Below, in pieces: positions 1-12,331 of a stretch of DNA of 64,000 nucleotides; position 1 is the first letter of the stretch, and every line of letters starts with the position of its first letter. The stretch lies in contig OZ024744.1 in the NCBI GenBank assembly GCA_964016885.1, positions 33,294,001 through 33,358,000 on the forward strand, written 5' to 3'. A program made the translations under genes and the position numbers. The DNA comes from Eledone cirrhosa (taxonomy: Eukaryota). The notes beneath the pieces were generated by a model. The model was not told the origin of the DNA. It did not search any database and saw only the letters and a program-made list of their open reading frames with translations.

Positions 1-570
1 AACATTCGCTACACCTGTGTGTGCATATGTATAGCGAATTGACTACACACATTGGCTTTTTAATGTTATGTTAATGTTTGTGTGTGTGTTTGTGTAAATT
101 ATATTTATATATAATATTTGTGAGTGTATATATGTTTGTGTGTGTTTATTTAGAAGGATACATAGACAATAGAATTACAAACACACACGAATCTACACAT
201 ACATATATAGACAGACACACTTAGAAAATATAATTATTACATACACACACATCTATGTAATGACTGAGGAAGGGGGGGTGAGAAATCATAGGAGTCCAGC
301 GTCCTAAGATTCGTTAAACTTGTGTGTGTGTGTATGTGTAGGGATTTGGCTAGACCGTGTGTTTGTATGTTTGTATCACTTGTGTAAGTGAGCGTGAAGG
401 AACCAACTAACCAACAAACAAGCAAACATTTCTTTTTTATACTATGCATAGATATTACAATTAGACGTAATTTTTGACGGCACAGAGCCAGACAGTATAT
501 ATATATATATATATAAACATATTATTCAAAATGTTAATAAATGAAAAATACTCTCATAATCAAAATACGT

Positions 571-639
571 ATATATTTTATTATACATATTTCAAAGGTA
601 CAATGGTGTTTAAGTACGTTTTCATCAGACAAAATATAT
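571..639 (-). ncRNA. Type I hammerhead ribozyme motif
   Basis: Minus strand: atattttgt CTGATGA aaacgtac..gtaccttt GAAA tatgta TA ataaaatat. Stem I atattttgt/ataaaatat pairs fully with one G-U. Confidence 0.8.
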
Positions 640-720
640 GATTTGATAAGTGACATACCGCTACTGTTTTGATTTTTCAATTCCAAATTATCAAAACCGT
701 AGCGGTATGTCACTTATCAT

Positions 721-785
721 ATATTTTGTCTGATGAAAACGTACTTAAACACCATAGTACCTTTGAAATATGTATAATAAAATAT
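721..785 (+). ncRNA. Type I hammerhead ribozyme motif
   Basis: CTGATGA 730-736, stem II aaa-c-gtact/agtac-c-ttt, GAAA 765-768, near-palindromic stem III, predicted cleavage after AUA (776), stem I 721-729/777-785. Confidence 0.85.
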
Positions 786-1013
786 ACATTTTGATTATGA
801 GAGTATTTTTCATTTGTTAACATTTTGAATAATATTAAAAACTCCAGGAAAATCTATTGTTGAGTGCTTCTAATCTATTGTAATATTGTATTCGTTGATT
901 AATCAATGAACCATATTAATCTTTGGGTATATATAAACATATATAGAAAGAGCCATATATGTAACATGTAATTTATTTTTATGGAATAGATACACACATA
1001 CACACACAAGTGC

Positions 1014-1047
<34 letters not shown>

Positions 1048-1089
1048 GTGTGCGTGTGTGTATAGATCTATACATACACAAATATATAC

Positions 1090-1193
<104 letters not shown>

Positions 1194-1991
1194 AAGAGGG
1201 GAGTGGAATGAAATAGCACAACAATATATTTAAGTGTATGTTTTTCTTTTTTTCCATTTCTTTGATTCATCAAAATGACATTATTTGAAAAAATGAGAGG
1301 GACGATTCTTTAAAAAAAGAGTGTTATAATGTATATAATGTATATAAAGTATATAAAGTATAATTTATGTATTAATAAAATTCATCTTATCAAATGTTGA
1401 GCATTACATTTAAAATGAATGAATAAGGAATTGAAAACTAAAAATTAAAGATTTAAAATTAAGTGTTGAGGCAAAATTTGTTCATCTTCCTTGTTGAGAA
1501 GGAGACTGGAAAAATGAAATCTTGTGTATAGAGAGAGGTTTAGTCATGGTAGTAGCAGCAGCAGCAGCAGCAGCAGCGGTGGTAGGTGTGTTTTTTCATA
1601 CAGAACAAAATTGTTTTTAGGGACAGAGGAGAAATTCTGTAAATATGTATGTGTATCTCAATTGTGTTAATGGACTGGTCAAGAGTTCAGATGGAGATGG
1701 CGAAGAGACAACCCCCATCTAGAGACAAATTCTATGGGATTGGCAACAGTAGAGTTGTAAAAGAAATTCTATTTTGGGAATATGGTTGTAGAGAGTGTGA
1801 GTGTGTGAGTGTGAGAGTGTATATATAAAAACACACACGTGTGTGTGTATGTGTCTGTGTGTTTCAGCCTGTCTGTCACAGGTCCCTTTGTGGTGGGAAA
1901 TTAACAAAGACAGAGCAAAGCATAAGTGGTGGCTTTCAATCAGAAACTTTCGTAAAATATGTGTATGAGCAATTTTTCTCTCATTTCCTGG

Positions 1992-2061
<70 letters not shown>

Positions 2062-2117
2062 CGTGTGTGTGTATGTGTGTGGTGTGGCGGGAGAGAGAGA
2101 GAATCTAATGGGGGAGA

Positions 2118-2820
2118 TTACATATTTAATTTTGGTTTAAATTTGTTAAATAGTTTTTCTTTATTTATTCTTTGATGTTGAGTGAAAGAATCGGAGCATG
2201 TGTAAACGGAGATTTTAAATTTGGGTAGGGTCATTCCTGCACAATCTGCAATGTGGCTACTTAAGGGGATTTTTCTTGTATTTACGTCTCGGATTTTTTG
2301 GCGATGGTTGGTCATTCTTTTGCGTAATGACACCCCCATCTGTCCTATATAGTTGTGTCGACAGCCACCGCATCTGATTACATAGATCAGGTTCTCTGAG
2401 TTGCAAGTGAAGTTGTTTTCACTGTGAAAGTTTGGCCATCTTTAACCGTGAATGTTTGTCTTTCAAGTAAGTATAGGCATGTTCCACAGTTCTTTCTCCC
2501 GCATTTTGTTACCGTAAGGTTGGAGATTGGTTTGTGTATATTTGTTCCAGTGAGAACGTGTTTTAGTGATTTGAGTTGCCTTTTACTTTTAATGATCTTG
2601 TATATTTCTAGGAGTTTTTCATTTTTTTATCTTTAAATAGGATGGGGAGGTTTTTGTGTAGGAGGTCGAACATTTCGGTGTTTCTGGGGTTGAACGTGGA
2701 TACATATGGTAAGGTATTGTTTGTGGTTCTGTGCTTTGGGTTGATGAAAATTTGTGTTTTGCTGTCTATTCCGTTATTAATTATATCAAGTGGAAAGGCT
2801 CGTAAGGTAAATGTGCATTT
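2118..2820 (-). mobile_element. Penelope-like element fragment (Neptune-like): thumb/linker + GIY-YIG endonuclease, frameshifted
   Basis: Minus-strand translation gives LPYVSTFNPRN..., KCGRKNCGTC (Cys linker), then NFTCNSENLIYVIRCGGCRHNYIGQMGVSLRKRMTNHRQ...KFKPKLN. Confidence 0.85.
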
Positions 2821-2821
2821 T

Positions 2822-5800
2822 AGTTCATTTAGTTTTTATAGATACATTCTTGTCTATTGGAACAGACATATCAATTAGCAGGCATACCCTCTTTTTAAAG
2901 ACCTTCGGTATTATATCAGGTCTATTTGCATCTATTTTTCGGTGTTTGGATCCTAAAGTTTCACAAGATTGAGATGTGATCTTTTTCAAGTATGGGAGGT
3001 GGTTGATGCTCCCACCAATTCTTTTGATGGAGCAGGTCAAAATGCTTACACATTATCCAATGTATGTATTGTGCAGCTCTGTCATGCCTGTTTAGGTATT
3101 CGGTTGGAGCTATAGGACTGCACATTGAAATTATATGGTCAATGGTCTCTGGTTGTTTTTTTACATACACGGCATAATGGGCTGCCTCCATTTTTTATTA
3201 TGTTGGCTTGGTAATTTTTTGTTGGCAGACACTGATCTTGTGCTGATATAATCAGTGCTTCAGTCTCCGATTTCAGTCCAGAGGATGCCAACCACTGATG
3301 GGTTAAAGTTTTGTCAACATCAGGATTGTTAGCTCGTTCTGGGTATTTTCCATACAGAGGCTTTTCTTGCCATTTCTTAGCCAGTTTCTGTAGCAGTTCT
3401 TTCTTTGCAGTTACTTTTACCTGCTTTGCTTTTTCTGTGTTTTCCATTTCAGCAGTAAATGGGACTTCTGAAATGTGTAGTCCATTACTGTATCTTTGTG
3501 CATCTTTTGTAATGGAATATGATCTTTTGATGCTTTCGTGTTTCAAAACGAGTTTGATCATCCAATCATGTGATTCCCTTAGATATGTAGATAATCCAAT
3601 TGTTGCAGTTTTCAACGCAATGACTAACTGGATTAACCCACGTCCTCCTTCTTTCCTAGGGAGATATATTCTATCTATATCTGCTTTAGGGTGATGCATT
3701 CTGTGCATGGTTAAGAATTTTCTAATTTTTGTATCGAGCCTACGGATCTCTGTGCTTGACCAGTTGATGACATTGTAACTGTAGGTTACTACTGGTATAG
3801 CAAGCGTGTTTATGGCATCGATTCTATTCCTTACATTGAATTCCGTTCTTACTCTGTGGTAACATTCCTTCCTTATCCTTTCCCTCATTGTCGAGTGCTT
3901 GATTCCGTCTCCTTCACAAACACCTAGATATTTGTAAGTTTCCTCTTGATCAAGTTCTGTTATCACATTCCCCCGATCAAGATTAATGTCTGAACTTTTC
4001 AGCAGCTTTCCTCTGGTGAACGTTGCTTTGGCGCATTTATCTAGTCCAAACTCCATTTTAATGTCATCACTGAACTGCTCCACAGTGGATAATAGCCCTT
4101 GCAATTGTTCATCATTTTTTGCAAATAGTTTCAGGTCTTCCATGTAGAACAAGGGATTAATGGTTTTGTCATAAACTTTATATCCATGTTTTGTTTCATT
4201 GAGCATTTTACTTAATGGTATAAGTGCGATGCAGAATAAAAGCGGTGATAAAGAGTCACCCTGCAAAATTCCACAATTAATATTAACTTCTCCAGCTTCC
4301 AGTGATTTTGTTTCACTATTCAAAAGGAGAGTCGTTTTCCATATCTTCATACTGAATGACAAAAACCTCCTAACAACGGGAGATATTTTGAAAATCTCTA
4401 AACATTTTTCAATCCAACTGTGTGGCAAACTATCGAATGCTTTTTTATAATCTAGCCAAGCAATGGATAGATTTTTGTGTCTATTATGACAATCTTCCAG
4501 TGTCATTTTGTTAACCAAAAGCTGATCCTTACAGCCATATGAGCCTCGTTTACACCCTTTCTACTCATTGGGAAATAGATCATTTATTATCAGATGGTCA
4601 TATGTATATTCAGTTAGGACTGATGTTAAAATGTTTTACATTGTGGTCAAGCAAGTTATCGATCTGTAATTTTTAGGATTGTTTGTCTCATCATTCTTCG
4701 GAAGCAGGAATGTAATGTCGTTTACTAGCCATGATGGTATCTTTTCTGGCTCCTTAACTATTTCATTGTAAAGTTGGACTAACAGCTCATGAGACTCTGT
4801 GAAGGCATTTATCCAAAAATTTGGTATTTTGTTTTTTCCTGGGAATTTCCATTTGCTGGTTTTTCTAAGAGCCAAGCGCAACTGTTCAACTGTTATATTT
4901 TCCCATATTTGTTCCTCAAGGTGAGCTGTATCTTTCATTTGTCTGTCTATCCATGGGGCATGTATATTATGAACTTTTTCTTCGGCCCAGATCTTTTCCC
5001 AGAATTCTTGCACTTCCTCCTTGGGTGGTATTGATTTAGCAGTTATTGTTGACTTGCCAATTTTTCTGTAGAAGTTTCTTTGGTTGTTTTGGAACATATT
5101 ATTGTCCTTATAAAGGCGGTGGATTGGCAGTATCGGTAGAGGGTCGGACGCCATGCTTTCCAGCATAGTTACGTCCCTTTACGATCTGAATTCAAATCCC
5201 GCCGAGGTTGACTTTGCCTTTCATCCTTACGGGGTCGATAAAATAAAGTACCAGTAATGCACTGTGTAATTGCTGGCCTTGTGCTTAACGTAGAAACAAT
5301 TATTGTCCTTATAGAATCTAGATCGTTTTTCAAAGCGCCTTATACGAGCAGCTTTGGCCGACACTTTTTGTTTGTTTATTTCTATCAGCATGTCTATGTC
5401 ACTTGTTGATTTTATACTGTATTTTCTTTTCAATTTTCTAAGTTTAGTTTGTTTAACATGTTCACCTACTTTATAGTTTGTTAACATTTCTATGTCAGAT
5501 CGGAGAAGGTTTATTTGGCGATTGATGTTCTCTTGCCAAGTAGATTTCTTGTGGGAATTCCTTTGTTTTTTCATTTTCACTCCACATAAGTGAGTGGTGA
5601 CTTTAGCCGATGCATAATAGAGATTATTTAAATCAGTAATGTTTAGTTTGTTTGTGATGATAATGTTTTTGAGAATTATGTTAATCTTGTGTATTATCTT
5701 TTGGTTCTGTTTGGAGTTCTGGATCTTAGGGAGGGTGTCTCGTTCCCCCATGTCAGATTCTTTCATTTTCATCCATTCGATCATAATTTCATCCTTCAAG

Positions 5801-6545
5801 TTGGCAATTTCATTCTCATTCATTTCTTTATCATTTACAATCTCATTGTTTTCATTTTGATTTTCATCTTGAGCATGCACTCCCTCCACTTTTTCGATCC
5901 TTTCTTTAATTTGTTCTGTTGTCAGTGATTCCGCCCCAACCCTGGGATTCGAAGTGTTACAATTTACCTCGCTTTCACTGACACGTGTTTCATTTTCCCT
6001 TCGCTGATTTTGTGCTAATAGCTTGATCTGATCAATTTCTATATCAGTTAGTAACTTTTCTTTAACAATATTTCTTCGTATATGGGCTAGTTTGTTACTG
6101 TCAATATAGCCTCTGTTTTCGGGATGTTTCTTTTTCCAGTTGATATATGTCTGTTCTGTATTCGATCTATTTGATGGGTAGTACATGGCAGTGTAGAAAG
6201 CCTCAAGGACTTCTTTATTGTCTTCCCTTGACCATTTTTCTCTCTTTTTCTTTGGATTTCTTGGTGGTGAGCATAGAGGGCCAACAGTAGGAGTATTCCG
6301 GTTATGGGAGGTCTCCAGCTCCGAAGTGATGGGAAGGTTTGAACCATTAGCTGATTTTTCGACCCCAGTCTGGTTCCTCTCTGAGGGACGCGGCCCATTT
6401 TGACCCGAGTGACGGCCGATCCGCTATGAGATTTTATCATTTGACATTTACTTTATTTTGTCGCGTTTTATCCTTAACCGCAAAGGGGTAATCATTTCGT
6501 GTTACCACTTCTAGGACGAGTGTCAACCAAGACTAGAGGGGTCGT
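2822..6545 (-). mobile_element. R4/Dong-clade non-LTR retrotransposon (RT + CCHC + restriction-like endonuclease), decayed, 3'-truncated
   Basis: ORF pieces: N-terminal KWSREDNK motif, PKNYRSITCL, WLDYKKAFDSLPH, GILQGDSLSPLLF, LFYMEDLK (YMDD), LPRKEGGRGL, CRVC..ETIDHIISMC, RHD, NRPDII..LLIDMSVP. The 5' end abuts (AAT)n. Confidence 0.92.
5113..5298 (+). mobile_element. tRNA-derived SINE (family A) inserted into the Dong/R4 ORF
   Basis: A-box-like tggcagtatcgg, B-box-like gaattcaaatcc. 15-bp TSD attattgtccttata at 5098-5112 and 5299-5313; excision restores RFYKDNNMFQNNQ. Multiple copies in the window. Confidence 0.92.
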
Positions 6546-6563
6546 ATTATTATTATTATTATT

Positions 6564-6747
6564 GGCAGTGGATTGGCAGTATCGGTAGAGGGTCGGACGC
6601 CATGCTTTCCAGCATAGTTACGTCCCTTTACGATCTGAGTTCAAATCCCGCCGAGGTTGACTTTGCCTTTCATCCTTACGGGGTCGATAAAATAAAGTAC
6701 CAGTAATGCACTGGGTAATTGCTGGCCTTGTGCCTAAAGTAGAAACA

Positions 6748-6748
<1 letters not shown>
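6564..6748 (+). mobile_element. SINE family A copy within (ATT)n
   Basis: Nearly identical to 5113-5298, with B box gagttcaaatcc. (ATT)n on both sides. Confidence 0.92.
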
Positions 6749-6793
<45 letters not shown>

Positions 6794-7008
6794 TTGAATG
6801 CCATGGTTGACGGAGGCTCGGCTCTGTAAGGTATTGTAAATTTTGACCGCTATAACAATTGTAAATTGTTTAAAACTTTAACCAAATTGTAGACAAAAAC
6901 ACCCTCCTCCTCGTGAGAGGGGTCTTTCTGCCCGTTATTTGGCCCTTCGGGGTTAAATAACCGCTTATTGGGGTTTTGTGTCCAATATTTATTTTAAACA
7001 AAAAAAAC

Positions 7009-7358
7009 ATGGCCACGAAAAAGAATTTTCATAGGTCACTTCCATTCATTTCGTCTTCTTCTTCCTCAATCGTCACTACAGCAGAGAGAAGATTGTCTCT
7101 CTCCCTCCCTTCTCTTTCGCAAGCGACGCCAGAGAAGAAAAATCACGTGCAAAGCGTGCAAGATTTCTCCACGACGACGACGACAACGACAAAAAAGGTG
7201 TGCGGGAAATACGAAAACCCATTTCATTCGTCTGACGTCATGAATAATAGCAGTAGCAGCCGTAATAACAGCATCAGTAGCAACAGTGACAAGGAAAACA
7301 ACAGTAGCAGCCGCAACAGCATCTACAGCAGCATAAACAACAACAGCATTAGCAGCAA

Positions 7359-7390
<32 letters not shown>

Positions 7391-9117
7391 ACAACCACAG
7401 GAACAGCGGCGGCGGCAGTAGTCGTAGTACTTGCAGCAACAACAAAAGTAACAGCAGCTCTGACGACGACAACAACAACAACAGCAGCAAAGAAAAACCA
7501 ATCTCGTTTGCAGATATTGCAAAGAACCTGGAAACCATCCCCATAACAAATGAGGAATTACGGGAAGCGAAGAAGATGGTGACGAAAACCGGACACCGAG
7601 CAATCTGCAAGGCAGCCGAAAAATGTTTGAAACCCGACAGCACTGTACGGTCACGTACCGTACAGTAAGCACAAAATCCCGTAGGGTTGAAAGAGCCACA
7701 GAGGCTCAAATACAAAAAGCCTTAGGGTCTGTGTGGCAGCGGAAAACGCATATCACCCGAGGCAAGAAATATGCCACCGTAGACGTGCTTTTTGCCACAC
7801 CCCAAGAGGCAAAGGCTCGATCCTTAGTGACCCTAATGAGCGAGGAAATGGTGTTGGTGCCCTCCTACTGCAGGCAAAAAATTGTGCGGGTCAAACTGAC
7901 CCCCCCACCCCCCACCCGGGATGGCACCTTCTTGGCTGGCCGCGTCTGTCCTCGTCGGAATCGAGAACAAAACAACTGTACTGCAAGTACAGAAAAAAGT
8001 AAGAGAAGATTGGGTCGGCACCTCCATTGAGATGTTAATCCAAACCAACCAGGAGTGCATCGAAGCTATCTCGGATGTGATAGACTTCGATAACGGCACT
8101 CAACTGCCCATAAGTGTTGAGGGAAAACGCCGAAATGCTTTCGCTGTGGATCGAAGACTCACCTCAGGGCCTTCTGCAACGAGAAGACCCTGAGAAAGGA
8201 GAAAACTTCCCTCCTTCCGAAATCGGCTCCACGGCTACCAGCAACAGGACAAGTGGCAACCAGGAACGATAGGTCCGTGGCACCCATACCCACGCCACGG
8301 AAATCAAGAACAGCAGCAGCAGTGGAAGTATTAACAACAACAACACTGATACCAAATGCAGCTGCAACAGAGACTCCACTGCAAACATCACCAACAACAA
8401 AAAGTGAAAGAGTGGAGCTGGTACTCCGCCCCGACCTCACAGAATCAGACATGGAGTGTAAGGTGGGAGAGGGATGGCAAAAGGTCGTAAGAAGGCACAA
8501 ACGCAGAAGCAGCGCATCGTCGCCTTCGAAAAGGGAGGAAAGAAATGAAAAAAGGGTAAAGCCTACTGCAAAGAGACTCACAGCAGCAATACCACCAACA
8601 TCATCACCACCCACACTAGCACCACCATCACCACCCGCGACAACCCCACCGCCAACAACAACAACACCTTCAACACCACCACCACAAGCACCAACATCGC
8701 AAACACAACAACAAAACACACACACCCAGCAACAACGACAAGAAAATACCAGAACCACACCCCCATAAAAACAAATGCACGGCAATAAATACACACAACA
8801 AGAAACTAATGACTTACATAATTGAACACACAGCCATTTCACAGCACGACTACATAATACCAGCACAAATCAAAACGCCAACGAAGATAAGACTGGTAAA
8901 AATAGCACAGAAACAATACACAAACATTAAAACGAAATTCCCCAACGCAGTTGGTGATTTCAGAGGCCTAGGAGGGACTCTCAACCGGAGAGTATATTCG
9001 GACATACTCATAGAAGAGCCGACGACCAGCCGAAGGGACGATTCAACGGTCCCTTCACCAGACGATCAAGTGAAAAGGGATGGAGAAACCATCCTTCCTC
9101 TACAAAAAGTACGGTAA
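7009..9117 (+). pseudogene. Tx1-A ORF1 (low-complexity N-terminus, RRM-like region, zinc knuckle), frameshifted
   Basis: SFADIA motif, TVTYRTVS..VDVLFATPQEAK, CxxCxxxxHxxxxC near 8135-8177. Homologous to ORF1 of copy B. Confidence 0.8.
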
Positions 9118-9152
9118 GTGGTCTATCCCATCTTTTCCACTCCATTTTAAAC

Positions 9153-12062
9153 ATGACCTCACTCAGAATAGGCAGCATAAATGCGCGTGGCTTGGGGTCG
9201 TCATGGTAGCAGGGTCACCTGCTCAACGACCTCAGGTCACTAAACATAGATGTAGTGGCCATCAGCGAGACCAGAATCTCCGAAGCACGGGCCTTCGCAC
9301 CAATCTTCGGCGGCTACGGGGGGAGGAGTTGCTGTGCTTTTTCGGAGAGGTTTGGATCTCGCCAACGGGTCATCTTCCTGGACCCAGAGGGTAAGTTGGT
9401 GGTGCTGGACGTGACCAGCGGAGACGGGCAAGCTTTCAGGCTAGTGGCCGTCTATGCCCCGACAGGAGCAGGGCGACCTGATTTCTTCCGGCGTCTGGAG
9501 ACCTTCCTTGGAACGTCCCGCTCTTTAGTGTTAGTGGGCGACTGGAACGGGATCTTAGATGCACGCTGGGACTGTGTGGGATTAGCAGATAGGTGTGGAG
9601 GGTGCAAGAGCCTCACGAACCTGCTCAGGCGTTTTCAACTGTCTGACAGGTACCGATTGGATTTCCCGAATGTGCCAACGTGGACTTGGACAAATCGCAT
9701 AGGGTCATCCAGATCATATCTAGATATAGTGTTTTGTAGGGAAATAGATAGGTCTAGCATAGGCTGTCCACAATTCAAGATAGTCAGCTACACGGACCAC
9801 AAATTCGTGATCTCTGTGCTTGACTTAGATAGGCTTCATAGACGAGGACCCGGCTACTGGAAGCTAAACACGTCCTTACCAGCGCGCAAGGCCTACAGAG
9901 ACCGGATTAGCGAACTAGTTAAGCGGACGTTGACGGGGGCCATCGTCAACAACAAGTGGTAGTTTGCTCTGAAAAGAGCGATTAGAATAGAATCCATTAG
10001 GTTTAGTAAGGCTTTAGCAATAGAGAAAAATAGAGCAGAGGGAGAACTAGTTAGAAAATTAGAAGAGGCGCTTAGCAAAGGCATTCGCGACCACAGTACT
10101 TGCGGCGAAATTGGCCCTTGACCAATTCTTCAATGCAAAGCACGAAGGCTGCGTTGTCAGAGCTAGAGTGCGTGCTCTCAGACACGAGGGGACGAAAGCC
10201 GTTCAATGGGCCAGAGTGGCGGAGGCGCGTCGTGACAACAAAGCCACGATCCGGTCTTTGGTGGACCACGACGGGCGCATGCTACTCGATCCCGGGCAAA
10301 TGTGTGAAGCTTTTCAATGACACTTCGCTCAGCTGTTCGGGGGAAGCGGCGGGCCGGATTGAGGGAGGGACTTTAGTGTCTACCTCGACGGACTGCCGCA
10401 GCTCTCGGCCACTGAGGCGGAGTGTTGCGTAAAGCCAATAACAGCCGCTGAAGTACGGGAGTCAATGACTGGCTGCACAAGGGGTAAATCGCCTGGTTTG
10501 GATGGTCTGCTCTATGAACTTTACATACAGATGCCAGACTTGTTAGGAGGCCTCTTGGCGGACGTCTACTGCAACTGGCAACAGAACGGGAAAATTCCCA
10601 GCTCTGTGAGCGGAGGAGCGGTGGCGCTGTTGAGAAAGGATCCGAACAAGGGGCATGACATAGATCATTTCAGGCCCATAACTCTGCTAAACACAGAGTT
10701 CAAGATTTTGGCCAAGGTGCTAGCAAAGAGGTTGGCGCTTGTCATTGGTGGTCTGGTGGGAGAGGCGCAGACATGCGCCATTCCCGACAGATCCATCCAC
10801 GACAACCTCCACCTCATGCGATACATCGTAGAGAGGGTAGCTAGGGAACCTGGCACGGAATCTAAGGAACCTGGACGGACGGACCGGTTAAATTGCTAGG
10901 GGTCTGGTTCGGTCCGGACCTCCAGACTGACAAAAACTGGTACGAGGTGACGAGCAAGGTGGCTTCTCTCACCTAGAAATGGGCGGAGAGGAAACTATCC
11001 CTGAAAGGTCGAGCGGAGGTGGCTAACGAGTACATCGCGTCCATCATCTACTACCAACTGATCGTCGTACCTTGTCCTAAGCCCCGCCTGACTGCGCTGG
11101 AGCGTTTGCTCTTTCGCTTTTTGTGGAAGGGACGCGCTCAGATGGCCAGGCGGTTCATCTGCTGTCAACACCCGCTACGTGGAGGGCTGGGCATGCCGTG
11201 GCTGATGATGCGCAGACACGCGCTCAGGCTACGACATCTCCACCTCTTCCTCGACGGTGATCAGGTGTGGTCGCCGTTTACTAGACGCGTCTTTGCCCAG
11301 CTCGTCTCCTTGACGGAGCTGCAGTCCTGGGTCAAGTGAAGACCGAGAGGGAGCGCTTGGAGACTGGAATGTCTTCAGGCGCTCACAGCCCTCGACCAAT
11401 CGGGCAATGTGATCGGTGGATACTCCACCTCGGCGTTCTATAAAGGATTAGTGGAGGGGAAGAGCGACGACGTACTTGGGGAAACTCTAGGTGTCGACGA
11501 AAATCAACTAGCCAATCTCTTCGGAAGAATTTTCGGGCCGGGGCCTATGGACAACTTCCAGAAATCTCTGGCCTGGCAGTGCTACCGAGGAGCTTTGCCA
11601 GTTCGGGATAAACTCTACAGGCATGGAGGTGCCGTCAGCCGGGCATGTCCGAGATGCGCGCAGGGCGACGAAACCGTCCTGCACGCACTCATCCAGTGTC
11701 CGAGCATTGTTGACTTGTGGGTTTATGTCGAACACCTGCTGTCGCGTGTAGGACGGATCCGGCTATCAGCTGAGTCCATCGTGAGAATTGCCCCGCCCTC
11801 TTCCTTTAGCCGGGAAGGGCAGGCAGTTTTTATCTGTCTGGTGGCCATGGCGAAAGAGATAGTATGGTGGACACATTTGAAAGGGCTGAAGACGAGCACT
11901 TACCTCTTCGGTGATGCCCTGATTAACTTTTTCAAATTTCATTTGAAAAGGAAAATCAGGGTAGAGAGGGAAGTGCTCTCTTCCCAGCATTTTGTTGAAA
12001 GATGGGTGAGAGAAGAAAGAATGGCCCGAGTGAATGGGCCTACTCTGAGTATGTGTCTGTAA
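9153..12062 (+). pseudogene. Tx1-A ORF2 (APE endonuclease-RT-zf-RVT), disrupted
   Basis: MTSLRIGSINARGL, AISETR, VYAP, GDWN, SYLD, TDH, YWKLN, KSPGLDGL, FRPITLLNTEFKILAKVLA, GGLG, CPRC..ETVLHALIQC. Confidence 0.92.
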
Positions 12063-12331
12063 ATTAAAGGTGGAAAACTGGGAGAGGGCACTTGGCCTGG
12101 TAGCCTTTTAATGGGCTTTCTCCACAAATGTCCCACGGAAGTCTGCCCCCTATTGGGGAATTTTTCATTGTTATTTTTTGTTAAATCCTCTGTTTTTGTT
12201 TTTAACACGCAGAAATGCCCATTTGTACCGTCCTGTATTGTATTGTCCTGTACTGTCCTTAATGTCTTCTTTATGTAAACCCTTGTGGTTAATAAAGAAA
12301 GCATTATTTTTATTATTACTATTATTATTGT

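Larger units (their letters stand above)
519..835. repeat. Foldback inverted repeat (arms ~519-672 and ~690-835), ORF-less PLE pLTR-derived cassette
   Basis: Left arm atattattcaaaatgttaataaatgaaaaatactctcataatcaaaat...ctactgttttgat is the near-perfect reverse complement of the right arm. The right arm resembles the 3' end of the PLE at 49091-49210. Confidence 0.9.
6796..12305 (+). mobile_element. L1/Tx1-clade LINE copy A, near full length, decayed, with internal RT deletion
   Basis: ORF1 with CCHC knuckle KCFRCGSKTHLRAFC; ORF2 with APE endonuclease, RT and C-terminal Cys-rich domain; 3' end cccttgtggttaataaagaaa followed by an ATT-rich tract. Confidence 0.93.

Noticed and set aside
5113-5215. 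tRNA-like A/B boxes (also 20260-20338)
   Set aside because: No cloverleaf could be folded. The boxes continue into SINE-like bodies (family A multi-copy, with a TSD), so these are SINE heads.
6440-6545. Possible HDV-like ribozyme at the Dong/R4 5' end
   Set aside because: Short stems exist, but I could not assemble the P1.1/P2/J4-2 double pseudoknot.
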